Origin: a virus
Taxonomy: Duplodnaviria > Caudoviricetes
Virus record (IMG/VR): IMGVR_UViG_3300020042_010851
Location: 1-48,547 of that record
Reading direction: 5' to 3' (one strand)
Length of the DNA: 48,547 bases
Position numbers and translations under genes: made by a program
Notes under the pieces: model-generated
Database searches by the model: none
What the model was told of the DNA's origin: nothing
The model's input: the letters and a program-made list of their open reading frames with translations, nothing else
In this document: positions 21,201-31,173 of the stretch, one piece after another
Layout of the letters: every line of letters starts with the position of its first letter
Numbering within the stretch: the first letter of the stretch is position 1

Positions 21201-22809
21201 TTTTAGGAACTCCTACATCTTCATAAACGAATTCGTGTAGATTAGGTGCACCATTATTATTTGATCCTACGATTGTACCTAAACCTGCTAATGTGCTGTA
21301 ATGTAAAGAGTGCTCAATTGCTGAGGCCCAACTCTGTAAATCTAAATCAACTTGCTCTGTAAGGTTACTAAAAACCATACGATTATCAAAAATTCGTATG
21401 TTTTCGGCTTTTACAAATCTAGTATAAATAGCAAGTAATTCATTAGCACCCAAAGGTATATTATCTTGTCCTGTTACATTATGCTTTACACTTAAAAAAG
21501 TGTCTGTGTCAGATAATGTATATCTCTGTACAATATTTGCCGTAAACCCTTCATTACCATATTCAATTACTGCTAATTCAAAAAATTTATAAATACCTGG
21601 AGTTATGTTAGTTACAACCATATCCACAGATTTGGTTGTTATTACACCAGAGTCATCCCCGTGAATTAAAGAAGGAATTGTTGTATCTACAGAGTAAATG
21701 TTTAATGGATTGGTAGGATATATAAATTCAGTACTGACTAAATCTTCTGTTAAGAATCGTCCTGTATATCTTTTGTTACCACTTGTTACTGCACCACCTG
21801 TATTATTAACTGAAATGTTTTCAATATATGCCTTGGGTACTTTAAAAAAGAAAGAAGCCTCGTCATCAATGGTATCAAGTTCATATCTACCACCTTGCCA
21901 ATACATAAAACCGTTTTGAGTTGTAACCAAAGAATAGTTAAGGTACATCCCTCTTGGTTTTTCATTTCCATCCGTCCAATAAAAATTTATCTGATTCCCA
22001 ACTCTTTCGACTTGAGCATCAACTTTTCTTTCTTTGAAAAACCCAAGATTTCTACTTCTACATAGTGTTTTGTATTGATAAGATGAGCCTTGGTTTGTAC
22101 TATAAACAACACCTATTTCAGAAACATTTGATTTGGTTCCTGTGCTTAACTCACTTGCCGACCAAACAAATAAATAATCTTCTAATTGATATGAACCAAC
22201 AGGACGCAAAGTAGTAGCAGTTGCAATATATTCTGTCTCCAAAACAATTTTACACAAAGGAACTTCTTCATTGTCATTAGTGACTTGCAAAACATAATCT
22301 GTATCACTTGCAGTAGTCAATGTAAAGTATCCTGTATTGGTACCGGTAGAGGTATAATATGGCGCACCGCTAGGTGTAAAAGTAAAACTACCACCACCAA
22401 AAGCAGTAAGGTGCAACAAATTAAATTCCGTTTGTAAACTAAAAGCCAAGTTTGTCAATGAACTTGGAGTTAAATTTACTACTTCTATTGATTTAACACC
22501 CGAAGTTCTAGTCAAACTCAATGTTCCTGACATAGTAGTTACTGCACCACTAGCAACATAAGAATAATCTATATAAATTCTGTAAAGTTTACTAGAAGTT
22601 GAAACAGCAGGAAGAGTTGTTCCAGCCGAGCCATTGACCGTGGTAATCAAATTTAAATTACCATTAGTACCCATAATACCTCCGAAGTTGTTTCCAACGC
22701 TTTGGCGATGACGAATATCATTTGCGTCTACATAGTTACCATTACTGATGTAGCTTAATTCTCCGTCTTTATCTAAATTACCGCTAGGTGTTACTCTTAC
22801 CTGTGCCAT
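18226..22809 (-). CDS. Tail muzzle / stabilization protein (crAss-like, 1527 aa)
   Basis: NLDKD...YVDANDIR N-terminus, YWTDGNEKPR, DTYRFGV and RLWGKW motifs; follows the ring protein genes. Confidence 0.7.
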   Translation of the reverse strand: MAQVRVTPSGNLDKDGELSYISNGNYVDANDIRHRQSVGNNFGGIMGTNGNLNLITTVNGSAGTTLPAVSTSSKLYRIYIDYSYVASGAVTTMSGTLSLTRTSGVKSIEVVNLTPSSLTNLAFSLQTEFNLLHLTAFGGGSFTFTPSGAPYYTSTGTNTGYFTLTTASDTDYVLQVTNDNEEVPLCKIVLETEYIATATTLRPVGSYQLEDYLFVWSASELSTGTKSNVSEIGVVYSTNQGSSYQYKTLCRSRNLGFFKERKVDAQVERVGNQINFYWTDGNEKPRGMYLNYSLVTTQNGFMYWQGGRYELDTIDDEASFFFKVPKAYIENISVNNTGGAVTSGNKRYTGRFLTEDLVSTEFIYPTNPLNIYSVDTTIPSLIHGDDSGVITTKSVDMVVTNITPGIYKFFELAVIEYGNEGFTANIVQRYTLSDTDTFLSVKHNVTGQDNIPLGANELLAIYTRFVKAENIRIFDNRMVFSNLTEQVDLDLQSWASAIEHSLHYSTLAGLGTIVGSNNNGAPNLHEFVYEDVGVPKTAQPSNIPINLHYDLNEYLNPINTLNNTSYMYNDTYRFGVQVKWKSTGKWSSSYWVDDVRFDSLSSNVTSPNRRTSNNITSNLTNEFTSEVYIYYIKFHNISLDTLINGTPIRDLIEGFRFVRAERIPEVLSTGYFFCGDVDTISGSNFRKPFVVDFIVATSGNYVYNAVDVNAANDTIDTGATHGFYENQPLQYLQNIGGTGLVDEYYYYVEVVSTTRFALREVPDGPRVNLFAGGTNENLARGLESRLHNIATTNGSDVLYYHSPDHYFVDRNYDFTVGTHKIKLLGPTKMFNGLIAANTTTSGEYFDLTGYFSSAKREYITLPSAGKPTIEDFALLDTNQSQVLPTAGLTARNQNNLENDVFSLDATLRQSVGSYFSAGLQNSESNGVYYGQIFIDLGANKKYPANKENTVYQSTGHFYYTTPTQTGVLSNIEVFGGDVFNQKTHLPFTRKQAATGARMIGCYTQNVVNTQMQSIEEDFDNTIGYRWPFYLNRFITSGPYSIQPFGFYTPLTPGDESIWIPLVNFVTQTAIPQRFYNTGYNHKDGSLLEQGFYLNTGYTGESPTKVIWSAKKATGSNRDAYRLGFGPTEFAQLDLTYGPIVHHEIINNAFYTLQPFSFQRQYFRDASLIGAQEGTDVVIGSGSILGAPGLELTSIGSEYKWSQLKGQTEGGKESFYWYNNRLKKIMRFGMDGVRPISEKGVITLLQKNTNWLLDKKYPLTGSGIHGVWNDKYGEAIFTLKAINPNIAAWVTATSYTAGTYVFITPSSTYLHASGLPYVYKAKINHTSGASTKPETGASWQTNWAKIEPGTDPFAHTCLTLVYDELKNGFVATHSYWADIYLPYQNTFWSPNPNAKNTLFLHDENTNQTYYGAAYIPTITGVMNIEPNISKNFEAIQVNSEISPSFIDFFTKNHQSYLDETEFDAREGYFYSPIKNDILTAPLGTPIENTTRLWGKWLKVKIHLEGINNNQRLINLIIKFRAMPRLYNQ

Positions 22810-23306
22810 TATATATTTGCTAATTTTTGGGTTTGATATTCACGCTGATAATTCTGCATAATAGCAACTCCAAAGTCTTTAGCATATCTTCTAGTATACT
22901 TCCATCCGATGTAGGCAACAAGCATTCGCTCCCAATCATTGGGAATAATAAACACGCCATCTTCATCGGTATTTAATCCATAGTATTCTAATTGAACTTT
23001 GGTGTTATCATCAAGAGCCTTATAAAATATTAAAACATCGCCTTGAATAGTGTAATCAACATCAGGGCAATAGTATTCGTTTACTTGACCTCCGCAAAAA
23101 TACACTCTGACTAACTTAGTAAAATCACTAGGTATAGTTGCTTTCTTATCTGCAATTGTAAGTTCAACAGTTTTCAAAATCAACTTATGGGTTGTTTTAT
23201 GAGACCGTATTGCTTGGTTAATCAATACCTCAAACCACAAAGCATTGTTCTCGTAGGAAGTGTTTAACTCCTCACAAGCCGCTGCAATTATATCATCCAT
23301 TTTCAT
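22809..23306 (-). CDS. Putative tail ring/adaptor protein
   Basis: 165 aa, translationally coupled, position in the tail operon. Confidence 0.55.
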   Translation of the reverse strand: MKMDDIIAAACEELNTSYENNALWFEVLINQAIRSHKTTHKLILKTVELTIADKKATIPSDFTKLVRVYFCGGQVNEYYCPDVDYTIQGDVLIFYKALDDNTKVQLEYYGLNTDEDGVFIIPNDWERMLVAYIGWKYTRRYAKDFGVAIMQNYQREYQTQKLANI

Positions 23307-23944
23307 TATCTAGGAATTTCAGTTTGTGTATTTTGAGTAATTTCAACAGGACGCTGAGTTTTTCTAATTAGGTCATTTGTGACAAGGTCTACTATCTCCC
23401 TTTTGAGGTTAGAATCAACTGGGTAGTGATCAATAGTTTTATCAAAATTCGGAATCAAAACAGGATTGTTAAACATTGCTCTAACTCCTACATACTGCAA
23501 TTTGTTAGTATTGTAGAATTGCAAAAGCATTCTGTTCTGCTCCAAGTGTTTGTAGTCCCACATAATCTCTTTCTTTTTTGCAAAAAGAGAATGCCTAGTT
23601 AATGTGCTGTAACCTTTTCTGATTCGTGGAAAAGGTTTGAATCCATTAACGTGACCAACATACACAAAGCCATCATTATGACCATCAACAGAAATAACAT
23701 TGGGACACTCGAAAGTTACAAAGCTGCAATCTTTTTCGTAGTCTTCAAAACTGATATCCAATGTCTGAACCCAAGAATCATTGATAAACTTACCCATCTT
23801 GACCATATACTGACCAATAAGAGTAGCTCTCGCACTATGGATTTTAGACTCGATGTATTCATCATCCCAACGATTGTCGTTGTATGACATTCCGCTGTTT
23901 AAGTCGTTACGGATTTCTTCTACTATTTCTGACAATAAAATCAT
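23306..23944 (-). CDS. Putative tail ring protein
   Basis: 212 aa; VRAMFNNP...YPVD motif like crAss ring proteins. Confidence 0.6.
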   Translation of the reverse strand: MILLSEIVEEIRNDLNSGMSYNDNRWDDEYIESKIHSARATLIGQYMVKMGKFINDSWVQTLDISFEDYEKDCSFVTFECPNVISVDGHNDGFVYVGHVNGFKPFPRIRKGYSTLTRHSLFAKKKEIMWDYKHLEQNRMLLQFYNTNKLQYVGVRAMFNNPVLIPNFDKTIDHYPVDSNLKREIVDLVTNDLIRKTQRPVEITQNTQTEIPR

Positions 23945-24735
23945 TAGGGATTTTCAATTATATCTTGTTGTGCCATTTGGCGAGTCATTGGATCTTTTGT
24001 CTGAGTCCCAAAATTTAGCACGCACTCATCCATAAGACGATAAAGGAACTTACTAGAATAATAATCTTCCAATGTCGTAGTCGTATTGGCAACGTCAATA
24101 ACGAGGGGTGATGTTCGAACATAATCTATATCAATAGTTACTAAGTTTGCGGATGGAGAAATCTTGAAAGATTTAGGCGTTGATGTACCATCGCTTTGAG
24201 GCTCAAAACGAACTGTATTCATCGATGCCTTATGGAATGGACTACCCTTACGATCAGACTGCATTTGCTTTGCATTACGCACAACAACTCTCACCCAACT
24301 TGTAGTCGCTAAACCAGATACACCTACATCAAATGTATCTCCTTTTACTTTGAGTACATTATAAGACGTTCCGCTTCTTTTTACGACATCTCCTTTACGA
24401 AGAAGATGGTTAGGTGAAGTAATTGTAGTACCGCTTACAGAAGTAACTGTGAATGGAACCTCATAGTTTGCAACCAAATGCATAATGTGCATATAGTTTG
24501 GAAGCAACGTATTAATTTTTGCAATACCAGCAACAGGAACAACACTTTGAGCCTTAACCAAAAATGGCATCATCTCATCAGCATCAACTTCCAAAGACTC
24601 TTTACGCCAATACTTATCTACCAAACGCTGCATAGTCTCTGCAATCAAAGCATTAGCCTTGGCATTATCTAAGTAAGCAGAGTATGCTTTATCGATTTTT
24701 TGTTGTAAGTATGACCAAAATTGTGCACCCGTCAT
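23944..24735 (-). CDS. Putative tail ring/head-tail connector protein
   Basis: ATG at 24735 (MTGAQFWSYLQQKIDK); LPNYMH and IDYVRTSP motifs. Confidence 0.6.
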   Translation of the reverse strand: MTGAQFWSYLQQKIDKAYSAYLDNAKANALIAETMQRLVDKYWRKESLEVDADEMMPFLVKAQSVVPVAGIAKINTLLPNYMHIMHLVANYEVPFTVTSVSGTTITSPNHLLRKGDVVKRSGTSYNVLKVKGDTFDVGVSGLATTSWVRVVVRNAKQMQSDRKGSPFHKASMNTVRFEPQSDGTSTPKSFKISPSANLVTIDIDYVRTSPLVIDVANTTTTLEDYYSSKFLYRLMDECVLNFGTQTKDPMTRQMAQQDIIENP

Positions 24736-24740
24736 TATAT

Positions 24741-24748
24741 CAAAGATA
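24741..24748 (-). promoter_or_regulatory. -7 box TATCTTTG
   Basis: TAnnTTTG, 5 nt before ATG 24735. Confidence 0.65.
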
Positions 24749-24761
24749 CAAAATTTCAAAG

Positions 24762-24793
24762 AAAATAAAAAGTGGGGCTTTTGACCCCACTTT
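24762..24793 (-). terminator. Intrinsic terminator
   Basis: AAAGTGGGG-TCAAAAG-CCCCACTTT followed by a T-run on the minus strand, downstream of the gene ending at 24814. Confidence 0.8.
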
Positions 24794-24813
24794 CCAAAAC
24801 ATGAACAGATAGA

Positions 24814-25659
24814 TTATTTAGTTTTTGGAGTACTCTTTTTTTCGGCTGCTGTAATAGCAGGAATCAAATTCTCCAATCCTTTAGGAAGTTCTAGCTCACC
24901 AATGGTTTCGATTTGAGAAAGTTCGTCTTTTTCCAAACGATCAACTTCTGGTTTAATGTAGTTCTCAAACAATTCCGCATCTGCAATAATTGCTGAAACT
25001 ACAGCATCGATTGAAGTACCTAAGTTTCTACCGCCAATTTTGTAAACAACACCTTCTTGTTTAACAATACCTAATTGTACAGCTTTGTTCGCATAGATAG
25101 TCGCAACTCTTTCTTCACCACGGACTTTTCTAAACACAAATACGCTGTCTCTCTTGGCAACGGCAACACCATTTAACGTCAAACCAATCAAATGAATGTA
25201 CACCTCTTTTAGTGACATACCACGAGGATCTGAGCCCAAAGCAAATACCAAGTCTCTTCTTTCTTTGTCGGTCATAGAACTAACAATAGAAACACACTCT
25301 AACTTGGACAACAATGCTTCATATTCTACCTTTACTCTTTCTTCTTTGATTTCAAATGTAAATTGCTCTGAAACCAAATTGGGATTAGAATAACCCTCAG
25401 TAAAAACCAAAGGGTGGTTTTTCCAAAATTCAATAACACTCTTGTCTGAAAAGTCTTCATCATCGAAACTTAATGTAAGAGGATATCCAGACTCAAAAGA
25501 GTATTGGAAAATTCTTTCGTTTTCTTCAACATGAGAAACTACTTTTTTACCTGAGTGCAACAAGAATAATTCTTTGTCATTTTTTTTGTCTCGGTAAGAA
25601 CCTACGATGGAAATGTTTCCACGAGTTCGTTGTGGGATTAATAGGGCTTTTATACGCAT
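24814..25659 (-). CDS. Conserved hypothetical protein of the capsid module (281 aa)
   Basis: Intact ORF with its own promoter and terminator. Confidence 0.7.
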   Translation of the reverse strand: MRIKALLIPQRTRGNISIVGSYRDKKNDKELFLLHSGKKVVSHVEENERIFQYSFESGYPLTLSFDDEDFSDKSVIEFWKNHPLVFTEGYSNPNLVSEQFTFEIKEERVKVEYEALLSKLECVSIVSSMTDKERRDLVFALGSDPRGMSLKEVYIHLIGLTLNGVAVAKRDSVFVFRKVRGEERVATIYANKAVQLGIVKQEGVVYKIGGRNLGTSIDAVVSAIIADAELFENYIKPEVDRLEKDELSQIETIGELELPKGLENLIPAITAAEKKSTPKTK

Positions 25660-25670
25660 AATAGTTTTTA

Positions 25671-25678
25671 CAAATATA
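25671..25678 (-). promoter_or_regulatory. -7 box TATATTTG
   Basis: TAnnTTTG, 11 nt before ATG 25659. Confidence 0.6.
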
Positions 25679-25696
25679 AATTATTTTACTTATAAA

Positions 25697-25735
25697 ACAA
25701 AAAAGAAGGGCCGAGAAAATTCCCGACCCTCTTTT
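25697..25735 (-). terminator. Intrinsic terminator after the capsid operon
   Basis: Minus strand AGGGTCGGGAA-TT-TTCTCGGCCCT followed by TCTTTTTT. Confidence 0.8.
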
Positions 25736-25750
25736 CACTAAGGGGCTAGA

Positions 25751-26518
25751 TTAGAATCTAGTTGACAGCAAAGGTTGCAACAAGCTCAACAAGGTTGAGT
25801 TGTTAGCAGCACTGTTAACATAGATGATGTGTTTCTCACGGATAGCACCGCCCTGAGCAGCCTTAGACTCAACTTCGTAATCGTAAGAGATTACGTTGTA
25901 AGTCTGACCGCTTACAGGAAGACCATTTCCGTCATCAACAGTTGGGAAAGTACCAGTTGCAAGCAAAGTAGCACCAATACCAACAGATGGAGCACCAGCA
26001 GTAGTAACCACGGTAGCCAAGTTTGGTCCACCAGCAGCACTAAAGATTGGAAATCCAGCTTTCGCAGTAATGATAATGGTAGTAGTACCAGTAACAACTA
26101 CACGAGTACTCCAGTAAGGATGTGCGTTGATTGCAGTACGGAACGCATCACCAATAGTAGTAGCAGTACCACCTGAAGCAGGGGTTGTGTGATAAAACAC
26201 AGTCTGTACTTCATTAGGCAAGTTGTTGTTGAAAGTTTGACCTTTCTCAGCACTCAACACTACACGATAATCAGTAGAGTTAGCAGCAGTTGGTGTAATA
26301 GTAATTACACGCAAAGTTTCAGCAGCACCAGCTTGGTACATACCACCAGAAACACCAGCCAATACGAGTGGATAGCTTCTCAAATTCACAGGCACAACAC
26401 CTGTAACGTTTGTATCAGCTAAATCGAAACGCATTACACCAGCAGAAGCGGCCACGTCACCAGCAGCAGTAGCACTGGCGGCAGGACCTATTACGAATTG
26501 TTTAAGAGCAATTGACAT
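25751..26518 (-). CDS. Auxiliary capsid/decoration protein
   Basis: Ala/Thr/Gly-rich beta protein directly after the MCP gene. Confidence 0.6.
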   Translation of the reverse strand: MSIALKQFVIGPAASATAAGDVAASAGVMRFDLADTNVTGVVPVNLRSYPLVLAGVSGGMYQAGAAETLRVITITPTAANSTDYRVVLSAEKGQTFNNNLPNEVQTVFYHTTPASGGTATTIGDAFRTAINAHPYWSTRVVVTGTTTIIITAKAGFPIFSAAGGPNLATVVTTAGAPSVGIGATLLATGTFPTVDDGNGLPVSGQTYNVISYDYEVESKAAQGGAIREKHIIYVNSAANNSTLLSLLQPLLSTRF

Positions 26519-26534
26519 TTTAGTATATAATTAA

Positions 26535-27884
26535 TTAGATTGCAAATTCAATCAGACCCATTTTGTCTGCAACACAATACAAACCACAATCAGAAAGAAT
26601 GTGGAAGTCAACTCCGTCAACATCTGAAGTACCCAAAGATACAGACTGACCACCGCTCAAAGCAGCTTTAATAGTTGAAGGATCGCTAGACTCCAAACCA
26701 ATCATACCAGGAACGTAGTTGGCAAGCAACTCATCTTGGTTGAAGTGGTATTTTTGAAGGGCAGCAATAGTTCCAGAACCATCAGCAGCAGGGATAGGAG
26801 TCAAGTCGATGAAGTAGATGCTATTAGACAAACGAGGCTTACCATTAACGGCAGACAATTCACCACGGAACATCTCGTCATCCAACAAAGACCAACGAAC
26901 GAATTCGATTTCCAAACCAGCGTAAGCGTACTTCATTACGTTCAAACCAGTTACTGAAGTTCCACCAAAGGTGTTAGCAGTACCAGCGAACTTAATGTAG
27001 TCACCCAAGATAGTTTGCAAACGAGCCATAGCAGCAGATCCCATCAAAGCAACCAATTTGCGTCCACCTTCAGCAGATACACGAACCATTTGCTCTAAGA
27101 AGTCGTTGAACACACTCTGAGTCAACTCAGAAGTCAAAGACATATAAGAACCACCATTGTTGATGATTGACCAACGCAAACCACCAGTAGTGAAGTATTC
27201 ACCATTAGGTCCGGTTTTGATAGCACGCTCAGAGAAAGCATATTTGTACTCCAACTGTTTAGCGAAAGCTTTCAAAGTTAGATCGTCATAAGACCTCCAC
27301 CAGAAATCACCATTCCACTTAACGAAAGAAGCAATACGATCTCTACGAGATTGGTGTGAACTTTCACGAGTTACCGCAGTCAAAGCGAAGTCGGTATCAG
27401 GTGTGTAGTTTAAAGTGGTTTTACCAGTTGAGCTACGGTTAGCAGAAGCATCGAAGAAACGCTTAGCCTGAGTATTAGCCACAAAGTGAGTACCAGCAGT
27501 CAAAGTTGCAGTTGTGTGAGGAGCAACAAAAATTTTGTTACCTGCAAAGTCAACGTCAGTAACCAATGCTTGGATTAAGTTACCATCAGCAACGATATCA
27601 CCAATACGAAATTTGCTTGCATCTGATACAGGTACAGACATTAAAGAAGTACCGGTAACAATCGCACCGTTAGCAGTAATTTTAGAGTAAACACCCAAGT
27701 TTCCCAAAGAAGAGATTTCTACTTTAGCCTGAGGGCTAGAGATAGAACTCGCCAATTTAGAAGTCAACTGGGTCAAGACGTTATAGCCGAAGTCTTGGCT
27801 ATAAACCATTGCCATTTTGTTGGGCAATGAAAGTCCTTTAAGCAATAAAGATTGACTTAATGGAAGATTTGAAATAGTTGCCAT
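26535..27884 (-). CDS. Major capsid protein (crAss-like HK97 fold)
   Basis: 449 aa, portal-scaffold-MCP order, TTGGLRW and C-terminal DGVDFHILSDCGL motifs, strong codon bias. Confidence 0.8.
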   Translation of the reverse strand: MATISNLPLSQSLLLKGLSLPNKMAMVYSQDFGYNVLTQLTSKLASSISSPQAKVEISSLGNLGVYSKITANGAIVTGTSLMSVPVSDASKFRIGDIVADGNLIQALVTDVDFAGNKIFVAPHTTATLTAGTHFVANTQAKRFFDASANRSSTGKTTLNYTPDTDFALTAVTRESSHQSRRDRIASFVKWNGDFWWRSYDDLTLKAFAKQLEYKYAFSERAIKTGPNGEYFTTGGLRWSIINNGGSYMSLTSELTQSVFNDFLEQMVRVSAEGGRKLVALMGSAAMARLQTILGDYIKFAGTANTFGGTSVTGLNVMKYAYAGLEIEFVRWSLLDDEMFRGELSAVNGKPRLSNSIYFIDLTPIPAADGSGTIAALQKYHFNQDELLANYVPGMIGLESSDPSTIKAALSGGQSVSLGTSDVDGVDFHILSDCGLYCVADKMGLIEFAI

Positions 27885-27914
27885 TTATGTTATTTTTTTA
27901 GTGTCCCTTTTTGT

Positions 27915-28874
27915 TTAGCCAGGGAACATAGCTACAAAAGCCTCTTGTGCGGCCTCAAGTCCAGAACCAACAACTCTTCCTCCACCAGTCATGTTTTTAG
28001 AAGGATTAGTAACCTCTTTGATTATCTGATCCCTTCCTTCATTTTTGGCTTTGGTGATGTTGGCCCTCATAAGATCTTTTCCATACTTTAGCCATATGCC
28101 AATGGAATACATCTTTTCAACGTCAAACGAACCATCGGGTCTCTGAAGGGTAAATTCTTTGTCAATAAAGCCTTTTAAATCCTTGGACATTTCGTCTGTG
28201 ATTTTCATGCCATACAACTCTTGACCTACCACTTGCTGAGAAAATGATTCTAATTCAGCATTGTATTTTTGAGCAACGGCTTGTTCTTGTTCAGCAAATT
28301 TATCATTAGAACTAGTCAACTGTTTCAGTTTATCTTGGTTCTTCTGATTGTATTGCTGCTTGAAAGATTCAGCCCATTGTTTCTTTTGGAAAATGGAAGC
28401 GTTTTCGTATTCATAGATTGCTTGGTCAAGTTGTTCTCCTTCCAAGCCCATGAATTCTTTGATTCCATTTTTGATAATCTGTTCTTCACTCCAAGTACTG
28501 ATGTCTTCAACTCTGTAGTCGTTGACGAAATCCTTTAGAGTTTTGCCAGATTTTTTATACTCCATCAACAACTTCAAGTCTTCATCCAAATCGGTTTGGG
28601 CTTGTTGCTGTTGAGGTTCGATTTTACCTGTTGGCGTTGAATCAGCAGGAGCCGATTCATCGTTTTCCCACCATTCTTTTTGAACTGCGGTTACACTATC
28701 GGTAATCTGAGGATTAACGGGAGCAGTAGATACAGGTTCAGCCGGTGTGGGTTCTGCTGGTGTTACCGGAGCAGGCGTAGGCTCTGCTGGTGTTGGCTCT
28801 ACTGATGTAGGAGCCACAGGGGGAGTCTGATTTCGTAATTGATCAGCAATGTCTGCTAAGAAGTTTTCACTCAT
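27915..28874 (-). CDS. Putative capsid scaffolding protein
   Basis: Acidic, EPTPA repeats, coiled coil; lies between portal and MCP. Confidence 0.6.
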   Translation of the reverse strand: MSENFLADIADQLRNQTPPVAPTSVEPTPAEPTPAPVTPAEPTPAEPVSTAPVNPQITDSVTAVQKEWWENDESAPADSTPTGKIEPQQQQAQTDLDEDLKLLMEYKKSGKTLKDFVNDYRVEDISTWSEEQIIKNGIKEFMGLEGEQLDQAIYEYENASIFQKKQWAESFKQQYNQKNQDKLKQLTSSNDKFAEQEQAVAQKYNAELESFSQQVVGQELYGMKITDEMSKDLKGFIDKEFTLQRPDGSFDVEKMYSIGIWLKYGKDLMRANITKAKNEGRDQIIKEVTNPSKNMTGGGRVVGSGLEAAQEAFVAMFPG

Positions 28875-28882
28875 ATCTTTTT

Positions 28883-28910
28883 CAAATTTAGTATATTGTA
28901 TACAAATTTA
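28883..28910 (-). promoter_or_regulatory. Tandem -7 boxes TAAATTTG (28883-28890, 28903-28910)
   Basis: Two TAnnTTTG copies 20 bp apart before ATG 28874. Confidence 0.55.
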
Positions 28911-28923
28911 CAAATATTTTATA

Positions 28924-31167
28924 TTATTGTTGGCCCATCATTTGTTGCATGGCTTGTTCCTGCATGGCTTGGTCTTGCATTTCTTGCTCTGCCATCATTC
29001 CTTCTTCAGGACTTCCTTCAGAAGCTAGACCTGCTTTTAATGATTCTTTTGCCATTCCAGTCTGAGCCCCAAGTTCAGCACGATAGTTCGCACCTTCCTC
29101 TTTCATTCCTGCAAGTGATTGCTGCTGAGCCAATTGTTGTTCCATTTGTGCTTGCTGCATCATTTGCATCATGGCCTGTTGTTTTTCAGCATCACGCTTT
29201 TTCTTATTCATGGCGTACTTCAAATCGTTCAAGAGTTCAGTATAAGAACGAGCCTGTTCAATTTTGATGTAGTCCATCATATCGATTAATTGGTTTTGCA
29301 TTGCTGCTTGAGCTAAAGAAAGCAAACGCTCACGAGCCTGATCATCCATAAAGTCTTTCACCTTGATATAAACACCAAGTTCTTCCATTTGGAAATCTTT
29401 GGTGATTTTCAACCATTCTTTACCACGAGACCCAATAACAGGTATTTCCTCTTCGGACTCAGACATCAAAGAAACTTTATATTGGTTCAAAGCAAACGCC
29501 AAGTTCTTTTGGAAGAACTCCACAAAGCCTTGATATAGATACGAAGTACCCAAGTTAGACTGAGCAATGGTACCAGCCTGTGTTTTAGCACCGACATAAC
29601 CTTGCTGTTGTCCAAGAGCCACCTTTGGAATATTGACAATCTCTTCCATGATACGCTCTTCTTCTCTACGCAGATTCACCAATTGGTTTACGTTAGGATC
29701 AAGAGTCATGTCTACCACTTCTACCAAACGAGCATCTTGACCTGCAACAAAGTCTTCACCAGTAGCAGAGCCATCGGTGATGTGAATACCCATTCGCTCA
29801 AAGTCATTGATAACTTGTTTTGCTGTAGATGTACCCAACTTTTGTTTGTTGATTAGATAAACCTTGCCCTTGGCACGATTCATCATTTTGGTTATTTCGT
29901 TTGTGATGTAATCGATACGATCTTGGTGTTGGTGCAAGCGAGCTACAATAGAACGATTCTCTCCCATTACCATGTTAGGGATGAACACCTTCAAAGGAAG
30001 TTCTACATCTCCGGGGTTGTCGTGTTTACGAACTTGGTTTGTAACCTCTTCCCATTCTACGACATATTTGTTTCCGATGAGAGTACCCTTGTAGACAGTC
30101 TTTGTCCAAAATTTACCCTTGCGTCCGTTTCTAATTTTGCCAATGTGAACATTGCCAAATTTATCTTTTGACTCCTCGTAGCCCAAATCTTTCATACCAA
30201 TCCAATAGCCGGTTACACAGGCCAAAGTTGGAAGGTTATTAAAGTTAAACGCCCAGTTAGTTGCATATGGATGTGTAGTCAAATCCAACAACTGATACAG
30301 GTTGTTCATTGTGATTTCTTTGATTTCCTTTTGCTCCTCTGCGCTTAACCAATCTTGGTAACGCTCAATCACATCAGTAGTATTCATCCAATCTACTTTA
30401 CCAACGAATCGGGCTTCAGAATTAAAGTCATCATCTTTAGCAGAGTCAACAATAAGATTGTGAGGAAGAACTACATCAAAATATTGCTTTCCGTTTTCTA
30501 CACGATTTTCTAAACCAACTCTACCTCCAAGCAAGGTGTATAAGAACGCTTGCTTTAGTTTGTTGCGGTAATCGTTTCTGTTAAGAATATCTTCGGCCAT
30601 GCGAATACCCAATATTTCGCTGTACTGCCTGTAGTCATACTCCATATAACGGTGGACATCTTCAGGGATTTCCATGTTCGGAGTCGCATTACCAAGGGGT
30701 TGGTAATCATAACCAAACTCAGCAAAAGTTTCAAATATCTCTGGTGCCTCAAACATCAAAAGGGCTTTTTCAAGCAAACGACTTTTTTTGTTGACGGCTG
30801 ATTTACTCTGTGCCTTTACAGATGGTTCGATATTCTCAATCATCTTAATGGCATTACCAACCATGAAGTCAACCAAAGACGTAATCTTTTGTCCGTTAAT
30901 CCATACAGTTGGTAAATCACAAGCGTCTTGGTCTTGGTTCGTGTAGTAATAATCCTTGTTGAATTGTCTACCTAGGTAGTAGGTATACATACGAACGATT
31001 TCGTCAATAGGGTTCTCCAAGTCTACAGATTGGCGTACTCTTGAAATACGATCATTTCTTTTGTTGAAATGACTCATTACGAATTGAAGATTCTCCTTGT
31101 ACCAAATTTTAGTTTTCTCACTTTCTGACAAAAACTGCTTTGGTTGATTTGTTATTGTAAACGCCAT
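28924..31167 (-). CDS. Portal protein
   Basis: 747 aa, P22/crAss-like with a Gln/Met-rich C-terminal barrel; upstream of scaffold and MCP. Confidence 0.8.
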   Translation of the reverse strand: MAFTITNQPKQFLSESEKTKIWYKENLQFVMSHFNKRNDRISRVRQSVDLENPIDEIVRMYTYYLGRQFNKDYYYTNQDQDACDLPTVWINGQKITSLVDFMVGNAIKMIENIEPSVKAQSKSAVNKKSRLLEKALLMFEAPEIFETFAEFGYDYQPLGNATPNMEIPEDVHRYMEYDYRQYSEILGIRMAEDILNRNDYRNKLKQAFLYTLLGGRVGLENRVENGKQYFDVVLPHNLIVDSAKDDDFNSEARFVGKVDWMNTTDVIERYQDWLSAEEQKEIKEITMNNLYQLLDLTTHPYATNWAFNFNNLPTLACVTGYWIGMKDLGYEESKDKFGNVHIGKIRNGRKGKFWTKTVYKGTLIGNKYVVEWEEVTNQVRKHDNPGDVELPLKVFIPNMVMGENRSIVARLHQHQDRIDYITNEITKMMNRAKGKVYLINKQKLGTSTAKQVINDFERMGIHITDGSATGEDFVAGQDARLVEVVDMTLDPNVNQLVNLRREEERIMEEIVNIPKVALGQQQGYVGAKTQAGTIAQSNLGTSYLYQGFVEFFQKNLAFALNQYKVSLMSESEEEIPVIGSRGKEWLKITKDFQMEELGVYIKVKDFMDDQARERLLSLAQAAMQNQLIDMMDYIKIEQARSYTELLNDLKYAMNKKKRDAEKQQAMMQMMQQAQMEQQLAQQQSLAGMKEEGANYRAELGAQTGMAKESLKAGLASEGSPEEGMMAEQEMQDQAMQEQAMQQMMGQQ

Positions 31168-31173
31168 TGATTA

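Noticed and set aside
314-30752. Numerous short plus-strand and alternate-frame ORFs in the late arm (e.g. 7833-8414, 20611-20976)
   Set aside because: Antisense or out-of-frame to long genes, non-protein-like composition, mostly non-ATG starts.
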